In this document: positions 30,664 to 41,439 of the stretch, one piece after another | How the letters are laid out: every line of letters starts with the position of its first letter | Numbering within the stretch: the stretch's first letter is position 1 | Origin: an uncultured Phycisphaerales bacterium | GTDB taxonomy: Bacteria > Planctomycetota > Phycisphaerae > Tepidisphaerales > Tepidisphaeraceae | Direction of reading: 5' to 3' | Length of the DNA: 64,000 nucleotides | Assembly: GCA_963758525.1 (NCBI GenBank) | Contig: CAVWVQ010000003.1 | Span: 3,328,001 to 3,392,000, forward strand | Program-made: the position numbers and the translations under genes | The notes under the pieces: model-generated | The model's input: the letters and a program-made list of their open reading frames with translations, nothing else | Told to the model about the DNA's origin: nothing | Databases searched by the model: none

Positions 30664-30764
30664 AGCCGCGACGCGCAGCGGAGCGCGTCCAGTTGCGTGT
30701 CCTGCCGGATTATGCTGAAAACGCGAAAAACGCTTTCGGACGCGCTCCGCTGCGCGTCGCGGCT
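30664..30764. repeat. REPIN-like perfect 27-bp inverted repeat
   Basis: AGCCGCGACGCGCAGCGGAGCGCGTCC (30664-30690) and exact inverse (30738-30764). Confidence 0.8.
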
Positions 30765-30844
30765 GAGCAGCTGGTCGGACCGCTGTTACTCCGCGCTGAT
30801 GTTGCAACCCAACCCGAAACTGACGGACGCTTTCTTCTGATTCG

Positions 30845-31599
30845 ATGCGCACCGACTGGGACAACGTCGCCGACTGGTACGACCATCTTGTTGGCGAATC
30901 CGGAAGCGAGTACCACCGCGAAGTGGTTCTTCCGGGAGTTCTGCGGCTCCTTTCGATACAGAAGGGCGAGCAAGTTCTCGACATTGCCTGCGGCCAGGGC
31001 GTGCTCTGCCGGATTCTTCACCAGCGCGGCGCGATCGTCACCGGCGTCGATGCCGCTCAGGGATTGGTCAACGCGGCGCGCGAACGGGGTCCCGAGGGGA
31101 TCACCTACCTTACCGGCGACGCCCGCCAGCTCTCATTTCTTCCGCCCGATCGCTTCTCTGCCGCGGCGTGTTTGCTGGCGATTCAAAACATCCATCCGAT
31201 TCAGGGAGTGTTCGACAGCGTCGCCCGCGCTTGCGCCCCGATGGCCGATTCGTGCTGGTGATGATGCATCCGAGCTTCCGCGGGCCCAAGGAAACCAGTT
31301 GGGGATGGGACGAGGCCGCGAGTGTGCAATATCGTCGGGTCGATCGCTATCTCGAGCCGCGCAAGACGCCGATCACCACGCACCCCGGCAAAGACGCCGG
31401 CAGCTATACGTGGTCGTTCCACAAGCCCTTGGAAATGTACGTCAAGTCCATCGTCAAAGCCGGGCTGTTAGTCGATGCGCTGGAAGAATGGCCCAGCCAC
31501 AAAAGCAGCACAAGCGGGCCACGCGCCAAAGCGGAGAACGTGGCGCGGAAAGAGATTCCGATGTTCCTGGCGCTGCGGGCGCGGAAGATCGCCAAGTGA
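30845..31599 (+). CDS. Class I SAM-dependent methyltransferase (frameshift near 31230)
   Basis: VLDIACGQG, VTGVDA, GDA; continues LRPDGRFVLVMMHPSF in ORF 31168..31599. Confidence 0.88.
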
Positions 31600-31615
31600 T
31601 CCCAAGTCGGGCTCT

Positions 31616-32969
31616 TCAGCGCTGCGGCGTAAGCGTCGCAACTGTTTTCACCTCGACCTGCTCGTTTCGCGCCAGGTCCGCCAGCGTTCGCTTTCCCATT
31701 ACGGCCTTCAGTTGCACCCGGCCGTCATTGAACTGGCGGTCGTGAATCCGCGAGTGCGATTCGATGAAACTCAGCAGCCGGCCGTTGGTGACGTCGGCTT
31801 CGAGCGTGACATCCACCTGCTGCCCGCGCACGTGATTCCATACGGCTTCGACAAGCTCGGCCAGTCCGGTGCCGGCGCGGGCGCTGATAGGGATCGCGCC
31901 GGTATGCAGCGTTCTCCAGAAGGGGAAGGCGGCCTCGCCTTCGTCGGTATCGATCTTGTTCAGCAGCAGGATCTCCGGTTTGCCGGCTGCGCCGATCTCG
32001 GCGAGCACTTCGTGCACGCTCTTGAACTGCTGCTCGGCATGCGGATGGCCGACGTCCAGCACGTGCAGCAGCAGATCGGCATGGACTGCCTCCTCGAGCG
32101 TGGCGCGAAAACTGGCGACCAGGTTGTGCGGCAGATCGCGCACAAACCCGACGGTGTCGGACAGGAGCACCTCGGTGCCGCGCTCGATGCGCCACGCCGC
32201 GCGTTTTCGTGTCGAGCGTCGCAAAGAGTTTGTCATCGGCATACGCGCCGGCGGCGGTGAGCGTGTTAAAGAGGGTGCTTTTGCCGGCGTTGGTGTAGCC
32301 GACGATGCAGACGGTGAAATGCTCCAGGTTGCGCTGCTCGACCATGCGGGCCTTGCGGCCCTGGATGTGATCGATCTGCTCCTGGAGCATCGAGATGCGC
32401 TTGCGGACCAGACGCCGGTCGATTTCAAGCTGCTGTTCGCCGGGGCCGCGCGTTCCGATCCCGGCCGGGGCGCCGCCGGCGATGCGCTCCAGATGGCCCC
32501 ACATCCGCGTGAGGCGCGGATAGGTGTATTGCATCTGCGCCAGCTCGACCTGCAGTTTTGCCTCATGCGTCCGTGCCCGCGTGGCGAAGATGTCGAGAAT
32601 CAATTCTGAACGATCGAGCACTTTGACGCCTTCGCCGCGCGGGGAGCCGAGCTCCTCGTTGATGATTTTTTCCAGGCCGCCGATCTGGCCGGGGCTCAGG
32701 TCGTTGTCGAAGATGATGACGTCGGCCTTTTCCTTCTTCGCGAGGTGCGCGGCTTCGAGCGCCTTGCCGCTGCCGATGTACGTGCCGGCATCTATTTTCT
32801 GGCGGCGCTGGAGGATTTGACCGACCACTTTTGCCCCCGCGGTTTTCGCCAGCGAGGCAAGCTCGCCCAGCGGATCGCGCGGATCCGCGGTCGTATTGGG
32901 AAGGATGACCCCAACGAGCACCGCCCGCTCCTGGCGGACGGACAACTCGGTTCGCTTCAACTCGGCCAA
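31616..32969 (-). CDS. hflX: Ribosome-splitting GTPase (frameshift near 32200)
   Basis: GPGEQQLEIDRR, GYTNAGKS, LFATLD, SDTVGFV, NKID, ISA. Confidence 0.95.
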
Positions 32970-33023
32970 ATGTTTCTCCCGACGGAACAGTCGCTTGGTC
33001 CGGGAGGATTATAGCTGGGATTC

Positions 33024-33310
33024 GCCAGAAGCCAGAAGGGGGTGGGAGGAGCTGGAAGCAAGGAGCCAGGAGCAAGCAGCCAGAAGCAAGGAGCCAGAAG
33101 TCAGGAGCCAGAAGAAAAGCAGCGAGAAGCCGGAAGCCAGCCAAGCCAGAAGCCGGTGGGGTTCCGATCACAGATTTGAAATTTGAAATATCTGAAATCT
33201 GAAATCGTCTAATTTGAAATTGGAAATTTGAGATCTTCTTCTCCTTCTCCTGGCTCCTGACTCCTGGCTTCTGACTCCTACTTGTCCCCTCCCCTTCTGG
33301 CTTCTGACTC
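33024..33310. repeat. Composite heptamer repeat: GAAGCCA arm, AATTTGA/AATCTGA core, inverse TGGCTTC/TGACTCC arm
   Basis: Tandem 7-mers in the divergent hflX/bactofilin gap; same layout at 39830-40007. Confidence 0.75.
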
Positions 33311-33402
33311 CTTCTTCCCTATAATTCCCCGTTCCTCGGGATTGACGCAGTCGGCGGAGGACGGCCGATGTCGCGGTCCCGCAAACCACTTGGAGATGCG
33401 CC

Positions 33403-33828
33403 ATGGCAGAAGCCGGAAATCAGGAATTCCCCACCGTGCTCGGACCCGATGCGACGTTCAAGGGAGAACTGACATTCGAGAAGGGGATGCGCGTGATGGG
33501 GCGATTCGAAGGCAAGGTCACTTCGCCGGGCAGAATTCACATTGCCCGCGAAGCGAAGATGCAGGCGGACGTCGAAGCCGGCGCGATTATTGTCGAGGGT
33601 GAAGTGAAGGGAAATCTGTCGGCCAGCGATCGCATCGAGCTGAAGCAGTCGGCCAATTACGAGGGCGATCTTCGGGCCAGCAAACTCGTGGTCGACGAGG
33701 GCGCCGTGTTCAGCGGGCACGTGAGCGTTGGTCCCGAAGCCGTGAAGGGTCGCACGCCGCAACCCGGCGGCGGCGTCGTTCGGCCCGGCGGAATTCCCGG
33801 CCAGCCGCAACCCGCCAAGATCGGCTAA
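33403..33828 (+). CDS. Bactofilin (polymer-forming cytoskeletal protein)
   Basis: TVLGPDATFKGEL...GRFEGKV...VEGEVKGNL...EGAVFSG beta-helix pattern. Confidence 0.92.
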   Translation: MAEAGNQEFPTVLGPDATFKGELTFEKGMRVMGRFEGKVTSPGRIHIAREAKMQADVEAGAIIVEGEVKGNLSASDRIELKQSANYEGDLRASKLVVDEGAVFSGHVSVGPEAVKGRTPQPGGGVVRPGGIPGQPQPAKIG

Positions 33829-33843
33829 CGCATCGCCCTAACG

Positions 33844-34274
33844 ATGGCATCTGAAGAATATAAAGTTCCCACTCCCGATGATCGCCAGACGATCGTCTGT
33901 CTGTATTGCAACAAGTCGCAGGAGATCGGTGCAAGGCGCTGTCGGTGACGTGCCGGTATTGCAGCAAATCATTGAAGCTCGAAGACCTCCGCTACAAGGA
34001 TTACCAGGCCCGGCGAGTGATCGAAACCTGCGGCATTGTCACGGTCGAACGTAAGGCCAACGTCGTCGCCGATCGTGTCAATTGCGGCGGGCTGATCGTC
34101 CGCGGCCGGCTCAAAGGGGCGGTCAACAGCCGCGGCCCGGTGCTCGTCGGGCCCGAAGCGGAAATCAACGGAGACGTGACCGCGCCAATCCTGGCGATCG
34201 GCGCGGGGGCGATCCTCGAGGGAAAGTACGCCATCGGCCAAACGAAAGAAAAAGACGATAACGCTCCCGCGTAG
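33844..34274 (+). CDS. Bactofilin with N-terminal zinc ribbon (frameshift near 33930)
   Basis: ATG 33844 gives MASEEY...CLYC; joins CRYC and VRGRLKGAV...EINGDVTA...GAILEG. Confidence 0.8.
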
Positions 34275-34299
34275 AATCGCTGACGTTCGAAAGTCGATC

Positions 34300-34325
34300 G
34301 TAGCCGCGGATGTACATCCGCGGCT
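34300..34325. repeat. GTAG-led perfect palindrome (REP-like) between convergent genes
   Basis: AGCCGCGGATGTACATCCGCGGCT is a perfect 24-bp palindrome. Confidence 0.6.
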
Positions 34326-34361
34326 TCTGTCGTTTCAGCGCACACTCGAAGTACGACCGAA

Positions 34362-35424
34362 TCACGCTGTCGCGACCGGCGCAGCGATACGAAGCTGCTC
34401 TTCCGCCAGGGTCAGCACCGGCTCGATGCCGAGCCATTGCAGGCAACTTTGGTGCGAGCATTTCCGCGAAAAGCAGGGGCTGCAGGGAATCTTGAGTCGC
34501 ACGACCGAATCCATCCGCCCGAACGGGCCGGTTCGAATTGGATCGGTCGGACCGTACATCGTGACCAACGGTTTTCCCAGGGCCGCGGCAATGTGCATCG
34601 GACCGGTATCGGCGGCTATGACCAGCTTTGCGCTTTCGAGCAATGCCACGAGCTGACGCAGCGTTGTCTTGCCGGTGAGGTCTTGCGCGCCGTGATCTGC
34701 GCGGCCAGAGCCGCGTCGCCCGGCGCACGGCGACGATGCATCGAAGGCCGAATCGCTCCCCAATGGGTCGGACCAGCGCCGAAAAGCGTTGCGGGGGCCA
34801 GCGCTTGGTATCCCAGTTGGCTCCGGGAAGCAGCACCGCATAGGGCCCGGGGTCGGGCAATTGAGAGGCAATGTGCGCTCGATCTTTGTCATCCACGGCA
34901 AAGTGAAACTCGATCGGAGCTTTCCCGACGCCCAGCGCCGCGGCGATGCAAAGATATCGCTCGACCGCATGATCCTCCCACGATGCGGCAACGCGGTGCG
35001 TGTAAAAGAGCCAGCCGAGCTCACGCGCATGGGAGAAGCCGACGCGCAGCGGGGCTCTGGTCTGCCCGCTGAACCATCCACTGCGAAACAATCCCTGCAA
35101 ATCAACGACCAGATCGAACCCGCCCCGGCGAATGTCGTCATTGAGCCCCAGCAGCTTCAGCGCACCTGCCGGACTGCGCCAGGCGCTGCGCATTCCAACC
35201 CGGTCGAAACGGATCACTTGATCAATCTGCGGATGATTCTCCACCAGCGCAGCGCAGGCCGGCGTGACGAGCCAGGTGATGTGCGCCGCCGGCCAGCGAC
35301 GGCGGATGAGATTCAACACCGGCAGCGAATGCACGATGTCGCCAATGGCGCTGGGCTTAATGATTAGAATGCGCTGCGGCGCCTGCGGAATCGGCACCGT
35401 CGCGACAGTAGAGCTGCCAGTCAC
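34362..35424 (-). CDS. GT9 LPS heptosyltransferase (WaaC/WaaF-like; frameshifts near 34690-34730)
   Basis: ILIIKPSAIGDIVH, DLQGLFRS, PGANWDTKRWP, DTGPMHIAAALG. Confidence 0.9.
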
Positions 35425-36932
35425 TTGACGGTCTCCTGCGATGAAGCTGCCGCGATCTCCGCAATCGCTTCATTGTCGCGAATCAGGGGCGCGTACGGCG
35501 CGTAGCCCTGGCAGAGCGCCAGCGAATCCGCGGCGGTGTATTGCCGATGCGCGCGCAGGCTGCGGAGCAGACGAGTGATGCCCAGGGCGACCCAGCGGCG
35601 CTGGCGGACTCCATCGACGTCGATCAGCACCGGGGACGGCCCGAGCTTGTCATCCTCCCGCACGATCCAGTTGCTCGACTTGGCGTCAAAGTGCGAGAAG
35701 CCGAGCTGCTCGATCCGCCGAAGAATCCGTCCGATGCGGCGGAACAGCAGCTCGCGCGCCAGAGGCTGGAGCGCATCGAGATCGGTTTGCCAGAGTGTTT
35801 TGCCGGGCACGCATTCGAAGATGATGAGGTTGTCGACGACATAGCCGAGTTTGCGCCGTTCGAGCATGAGCAGGGGCCATGCCGTGGGCAGATTGCGGAT
35901 CAGCAGTTTCCAGGCTTTCCGCCAGGCGCGCCGCGAGCGCGGTCCCCGGCCGATTTCGTTGATGTAACGATACCAGTAGCGCCGGCGCGGGCGCTTGATG
36001 ATGATGTCGATCTCCTCGCCGGCGAGTCGCACGCGCCCGCGCAGCACGTCGCCGCTGGGGCTGCGCTTGATGATCGGGAGCTGATCGGCCTCCATCGCGG
36101 CAAGCAATGCCGGCAGCGCTGCAAGCCAGTCGCGGCGATCGATCGTCAACTGGCTCGCTCGGGACCAGCGGCGGGGATTCTTCTCCTGCTTAAAGAAATG
36201 TCCGTGCCACCCTTCGCAATCGAGCTGTCCGAAATAGCGGTTGTTTCCGGTAATTCTGTAGATCCATTCCCGGGAGAATTGCGCAGTAACCGGATTGCGC
36301 ACCGGCATGCGCCCGCCGGGGCCCAGTTCGTCCCAGCCGCGCTGCAGGTCGGTGAGCGTCGCGTAGCGCCCGACGCTGTTGGCCAGCAGTTGCAGGTCGC
36401 GCAGCCGCATGCCGTCGTCATGCACGGCATAGGCGTCCAGCAGATGCAGCTTTCCTTCGTGCAGCAGCAAATTGCCCAAGTGCAGATCCTTGTGGCCGAG
36501 CTTGGCTTTGACCAATTGCTGGATGAGCGAGCGGATCTGCCCGGCCAACTCAAGATGGTTGGGAATCGGATCTCCGTTGAGCTCGCACTGATTGAGCAGC
36601 GCGTCGAGTTGAACGGACGGCTCGATCGCGTCGATCACGACGGCGTCGCCTCGGCGGGGCCCGATATGGAATCCCATCAGAACCGCGATCGCGCGCGGGG
36701 CGGGAATTTGCGCCTTCTGAAGACGCTGCAGCCGGAGAAATTCCAGCATCGCCGGGCTTCCGCGGGCAAGCCGGCGCAGCCAATCGCGATAGCCCCCGAT
36801 CGGATAAAACTTCAGGAAATAGCCCCGACCCCCAAACTCGAAACGCCAGACCTGGCGATACCCGCGGTCCTTCACGAGCGTTCCGATGCGAGGGAGCTCT
36901 TTGAGCGCTAGTTCCAGCCCGGGCAACGACAC
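35421..36932 (-). CDS. LPS kinase (Kdo/WaaP/InaA family), tandem kinase domains
   Basis: Two catalytic sets, HKDLHLGN..LLD and HFDAKSSN..LID; overlaps the GT9 start; GTG start inferred. Confidence 0.82.
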   Translation of the reverse strand: MSLPGLELALKELPRIGTLVKDRGYRQVWRFEFGGRGYFLKFYPIGGYRDWLRRLARGSPAMLEFLRLQRLQKAQIPAPRAIAVLMGFHIGPRRGDAVVIDAIEPSVQLDALLNQCELNGDPIPNHLELAGQIRSLIQQLVKAKLGHKDLHLGNLLLHEGKLHLLDAYAVHDDGMRLRDLQLLANSVGRYATLTDLQRGWDELGPGGRMPVRNPVTAQFSREWIYRITGNNRYFGQLDCEGWHGHFFKQEKNPRRWSRASQLTIDRRDWLAALPALLAAMEADQLPIIKRSPSGDVLRGRVRLAGEEIDIIIKRPRRRYWYRYINEIGRGPRSRRAWRKAWKLLIRNLPTAWPLLMLERRKLGYVVDNLIIFECVPGKTLWQTDLDALQPLARELLFRRIGRILRRIEQLGFSHFDAKSSNWIVREDDKLGPSPVLIDVDGVRQRRWVALGITRLLRSLRAHRQYTAADSLALCQGYAPYAPLIRDNEAIAEIAAASSQETVK

Positions 36933-36987
36933 GACGGGAGTATAGTGGGGGAGAGGCACGAAGGCACGATTGGGGAAGGCACCATTC

Positions 36988-37019
36988 GGGAAGGCACGAA
37001 GGCACGGAGGCACGAAGGG
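36988..37019. repeat. GAAGGCAC octamer tandem repeat
   Basis: 31/32 identical to the inverse of 62525-62556. Confidence 0.65.
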
Positions 37020-37172
37020 TGAGGAAGGGGAAAGAGAGGCACTGAGGCAGGAAGGGAAATGGAAACACGCGGCGCAGAGCAGAGGCTGGGAGCCTTCGTC
37101 GTTTATCCGGCGGTCGAACTCGCCATCCGCGCCGCCGTGGCTTGCCCTTCGCGCGATGCAGCGCCCTGCGAA

Positions 37173-38577
37173 CTACCCTGCCGCGCTCTCGCTGACCTCT
37201 GCGGCGACTTGCATTCCTGTCGCGACTTCCGGCGGGAGGATGCCCTTCTGGACGTAAAGCTTCCGCACAATCGGACGCAGCACCGGCAGCTTGAGCGCGA
37301 AGTTAATGCCAACCAGAACGCAGATCGCCCCCTCGATGACGAGGGTATGCGAAGCGCCGGTGACGGCAGCAGACACTGAGTTCGCATGCGCACGGCCAAA
37401 CCACGCCGCAAGCTCGCCGGCCATCAGATTGCCCCACGGAGCCATTCCCAGGAACGAAACTGCGAAGAGACTCATGACCCTCCCCCGCATGTTGTCGTCG
37501 ACGAAGGTTTGTATCAACGTGTTGGACGACGCGAAGGTGATGATCATGGCGCACCCGGCCACGGGACAGATCATCAGCGAAAGCCACAGATGATGTGAGA
37601 ATGAGAAGGCCATCAGCGCTGCTCCAAACGCGACCGCTCCGCAGGCGATCACCCGGCCCAGCCCCAGGACGGTGCGCCGCGACGCGAGATAGATCGATCC
37701 GACCAGCGCCTCCGCCGCCGGAGGCAGTCATGAGCAACCCGAGTGTTTGTGCGCCGTGCGCGGGGCCGCCGAAAAAATCGCCGAAGATCGGCATGAGGAT
37801 GCTGAACGCGGGCATGCCGGTCAGACTGAAGACCGCCATGAGAACGAGCAGGGCGCGGATGGGAGCGAAGTTCCAGACGTACCGAAAGCCGTCGAGCAAA
37901 TCCGCAAAGACGCTGCGCGGCGCGGGCATGACCCGCGGAGCGATGCTCATGGCGATCAGGGCCGCGATCACGGCGACGTAGCTGACGCCATCAAGAAGGA
38001 AGCAAAGGCCCGCTCCGACCCAGCCGATCAGCAGCCCCGCCAGCGCCGGGCCGATCAACCGCGCCCCGTGCACCATCATCGAATTGAGCGCGATGGCGTT
38101 CGCCAGGTCGGTGCGGTCGGTCACCATTTCAACGACAAACGCCTGGCGCGCGGGAATATCAACGGCGTTCACGAGCCCCTGGAAGACGCTCAGGGCAATG
38201 ATTTCCGGCACGTTGATCAGGTGCGTCAGCGCGAGATACGCCAGCGCGAAGGACTGAACCATCGCCAGCGTCTGCGTGGCGACCAGGAGCTTCTGGCGAT
38301 TGACCCGATCGGCCCAAACGCCGGCGAATGGCGCCAGGACAAACATTGGAATCTGCCCGGCAAATCCGACCACGCCCAGCACCCAGGCCTTGTGGGTCAT
38401 CGAATAGACGAGCCAGAGAGTCGCGACCTGCGTGAGGAACGTGCCGACGAGCGAGACCAACTGTCCGGCGAAAAAGAGCCGGTAATTCCGGTGGCGCAGC
38501 GCCCGCAGCAGCATCGGCGTGCGGCCTTCATGCGGCTTGGCATAGTCAATCACATTCGCGGGCGCGGTGTCGCTCAT
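37173..38577 (-). CDS. MFS transporter (MFS_3/H+ antiporter-like; frameshift near 37712)
   Basis: NYRLFFAGQLVSLVG, GVWADRVNR, D.MRGRVMS; 12-TM pattern split over two frames. Confidence 0.88.
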
Positions 38578-38627
38578 CGATGCTCGATGATAGGGAAGAT
38601 GCGCCCGTCATGCGACGAACGTGCGAT

Positions 38628-39508
38628 TTAGTGGTGCGGAAAATAGACCTGAATGTATGAGTAGATCAGCGAGAAGATGCCAACGATCACGCTCGCCCAG
38701 AGCGTGATTTTGAGGATGCGGATGCGGTTGGCGATTTCCTTGTCGCGCCATTCGGCGAGCCGGCGGTCGATCTCATCGAGCTTGCGGTCGATGCGGGCTT
38801 CGACTTCGTCGAGCTTCTGGTTCAGATAGGAATCCGCGGTCTTCTTGATGCGGTTGGTGATCCCACCGAACAGGCCGGACTCTTCGATATCGTCCTTAAT
38901 CGTGGCGCGCGCGGGGCGGCAGACGGGGCTTCAGATCGCGGCGCTGGATCTGAGGGAAGAAACTGATAGTCCGATGCGCTTCCCTCTTCGCCGATCATGT
39001 TGGCGACGAGCGAGCCAAGTGCCGCCCGCCGCTTGCGGTTGAGCTTGGAGAAGAGGCCCTCTTTTTTCTTGAGGCTGCGGATCAGCGCGGGAACTGGAGC
39101 ATCATCGGGGGCGATCAATCCGCGCAGCCGAACCAGCACGAGCAGCCCGCGCTGCGACAGGCCGCTGAATTTCATCAGCCGGATGCGGGCAATCTCCTGG
39201 GCGATCTGCTCCTTGGTGGCGCTGGCGGTGACGGGACGGCGGCCCCAGCGGACGACGTCGAGCATCGCCTCGCGGTCCAGCCCGGCGATCAGTTGCCGGC
39301 GGTCGTGAATCGCCGCCACCAGGTGCTGACGTGTCTTATATTCAGTCGGATCGAGTCCGAATTCCTCGGCCAGATGGTTCAGCTCATCGCGCGGCATCTC
39401 GGCCAACTGGCGCAGCGGCGCGCTGGCCAGGCTCATCGCATCATTTGCGACGGCTGTGCCGGGCCGCGCGTCACCGGGCAGCAGTTTGCGTTCAGTGGTA
39501 TCGGGCAT
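38628..39508 (-). CDS. Hypothetical protein with C-terminal coiled coil and TM helix (frameshift near 38905)
   Basis: ORF 38822..39508 continues in another frame as IKDDIEESG...KLDEIDRRL...LWASVIVGIFSLIY to stop 38628. Confidence 0.7.
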
Positions 39509-39824
39509 GGGGCTGCAGGTTGGTGGACCTTGCGATCTGGCTCATCGTTGCCTCCAGATCATAAATCAGACGATGGGCATGGCACAAAATCAAAAACGCC
39601 ACGCAGAGCAAGCCGCAGATAATGACATCTCCCCAGAAGGTGCGAAAGCGCAGCCGCAAGCCGTGCAAGACCAGATAGCGCCGAAGCATCCCCATGTATT
39701 TGTCGCTGCCCGCGAGCCAGACGTACCAGCCGTAGAGCGACTGGAGCGTGATCACCGTCGCATAAATCGTAACGACGGTACCCAGCGCGTAGCGGAAGAA
39801 ATTGAAAAAGTCGATGGAAGGCAT
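39492..39824 (-). CDS. Small membrane hypothetical protein
   Basis: 110 aa with two hydrophobic segments; overlaps the downstream start. Confidence 0.7.
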   Translation of the reverse strand: MPSIDFFNFFRYALGTVVTIYATVITLQSLYGWYVWLAGSDKYMGMLRRYLVLHGLRLRFRTFWGDVIICGLLCVAFLILCHAHRLIYDLEATMSQIARSTNLQPHARYH

Positions 39825-39829
39825 TGGGG

Positions 39830-40007
39830 GAGAAGCCAGAAGTCAGGAGCAAGAAGCCAGAAGCCAGGAGCAAGAAGCCAGCAAGGCAGGATCTCAAATT
39901 TGAAATCTCAAATCGGAGCACCGAACTGTTTTCCGGGAACAGGCGTTGCTGGCTGCCTTCCTTCCGTCCTTACTTCTCCTTACTTCTGGCTTCTGGCTCC
40001 TGACTTC
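39830..40007. repeat. Composite heptamer inverted repeat filling the yggS downstream gap
   Basis: gaagccagaagtcaggagcaagaagccag..., atctcaaatttgaaatctcaaat, inverse cttctggcttctggctcctgacttc abutting the yggS stop. Confidence 0.75.
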
Positions 40008-40780
40008 TATTCTTCAATCTCCTCATGATCCGCCACCTTCCCGCCAAAGAGAAGCGTGCCAATGCGTACCATGGTGGAGCCTTCGGCGATGGCTAGCTCG
40101 AAATCGTCGCTCATTCCCATGCTCAGGTGCTTCAACCCGGCTCCGCCGATCTTGTGCCATTTCATTTCTTCAAACAGCTCGCGCGTCCGGCTGAACGCCT
40201 GCCGCACCTTCGGCTCGGGCTGATCGAGCGGGCCCATCGTCATGAGCCCGGTGAGCTGAAGGTTGGGCATCGAATCGATCTGCTCGGCAAGATGGACCGC
40301 CGCCCCGACGGCGACGCCGTATTTGCTTGCCTCTTCGGACGCATTGACCTGCAGCAGCAACTGGACCTTTCGGCCCAGACGCGCGGCGTGCGCATCCAAC
40401 TCCTCGGCGAGCCGCAGGCTGTCCACGCTGTGAATCAGGCTCACCAATGGCAAAATGCCCTTCACCTTGTTGCGTTGCACGTGCCCGATCATGTGCCAGC
40501 GTACTTTTTCCGGCACGCTTCCCTCCCCGTGGGCGATGCGCCGCTGCATAAATTCGTTCACTTGTGCGGTGCGCTGCGAAAGGATCTGCACCCGGCTTTC
40601 GCCCAGATCGGGGACGCCGAGCTGCAGAATCTCGCGGATTTGCTCCGGAGCGGCGGTTTTCGTGACCGCGATCAGCGTGATTTCGGCTGGATCGCGCTTC
40701 GCTTTGCCAGCGGCGGCGGCGAGCCGATCCCTCACAAGATGCAACTTCTCGGCTAGCGGCGAACGTTTGGCCATCGTCAT
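40007..40780 (-). CDS. yggS: PLP homeostasis protein
   Basis: LIAVTK, GESRVQ, WHMIGHVQRNK, IHSVDS, GLMTM, LSMGMSDDF, GSTMVRIGT. Confidence 0.96.
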   Translation of the reverse strand: MTMAKRSPLAEKLHLVRDRLAAAAGKAKRDPAEITLIAVTKTAAPEQIREILQLGVPDLGESRVQILSQRTAQVNEFMQRRIAHGEGSVPEKVRWHMIGHVQRNKVKGILPLVSLIHSVDSLRLAEELDAHAARLGRKVQLLLQVNASEEASKYGVAVGAAVHLAEQIDSMPNLQLTGLMTMGPLDQPEPKVRQAFSRTRELFEEMKWHKIGGAGLKHLSMGMSDDFELAIAEGSTMVRIGTLLFGGKVADHEEIEE

Positions 40781-40848
40781 TCCCTGTTCTTTCCCCTCGC
40801 CGGTGCATTATAAAGGGCCGGCGCGCCACGGTATAGCAGGCAACCAGG

Positions 40849-41439
40849 ATGACCAACCAACAAACTCGCTTCGAGCGCGCCATTTTCCTCTTCGACCAGG
40901 CCAATGCGCGCGATCCGAACCAGATCCTCATCGACGGTGAAAATCGCCCGCGCGAGCTCGTGTACGCGCAGCGCATGACCGACTGGCTGAATCGCATCGC
41001 TCCCGACGCTTCAGAGCCGCTGCGACTGGCCGCTCGCTCGCAACACATCTGCCGATGGACCCGGCCACGAGCGGATTATCCGATGACGCGGGCCGGGTAT
41101 CACCGCTGGCGAACCGACCTGGGCCGTTTTCACGCAGAGACGGCTGGAGCCATTTTGCGCGACTCCGGATATGGCCAGACGGTGATCGACCGCGTCGGCT
41201 CGCTGTTGCGCAAGGAGCATCTCAAGACCGATCCTGAGGCGCAGACTTTGGAAGACGTCATCTGCCTGGTCTTCCTCGAAAATTATTTCGCCGATTTCGC
41301 GGCTCAGCATCCGCGCGAGAAGGTGATCGAGATCGTGCGGAAGACGTGGAGGAAAATGTCGCCGCGAGGTCACGAGCTGGCGATGGGGCTGCCGCTGACG
41401 CCGGGCGCCGCAGATCTGGTTCGCGAGGCCCTCGCGTAG
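40849..41439 (+). CDS. DUF4202 family protein
   Basis: DPN...ELVYAQRM, AARSQHICRW..PR..YP..R.GY..WR, LEDVICLVFL, KTWRKMS. Confidence 0.85.
   Translation: MTNQQTRFERAIFLFDQANARDPNQILIDGENRPRELVYAQRMTDWLNRIAPDASEPLRLAARSQHICRWTRPRADYPMTRAGYHRWRTDLGRFHAETAGAILRDSGYGQTVIDRVGSLLRKEHLKTDPEAQTLEDVICLVFLENYFADFAAQHPREKVIEIVRKTWRKMSPRGHELAMGLPLTPGAADLVREALA

Noticed and set aside
33024..33310. CRISPR array (also 39830-40007, 45078-45136)
   Set aside because: Degenerate 7-nt tandem units without constant repeat/unique spacer structure; no cas genes
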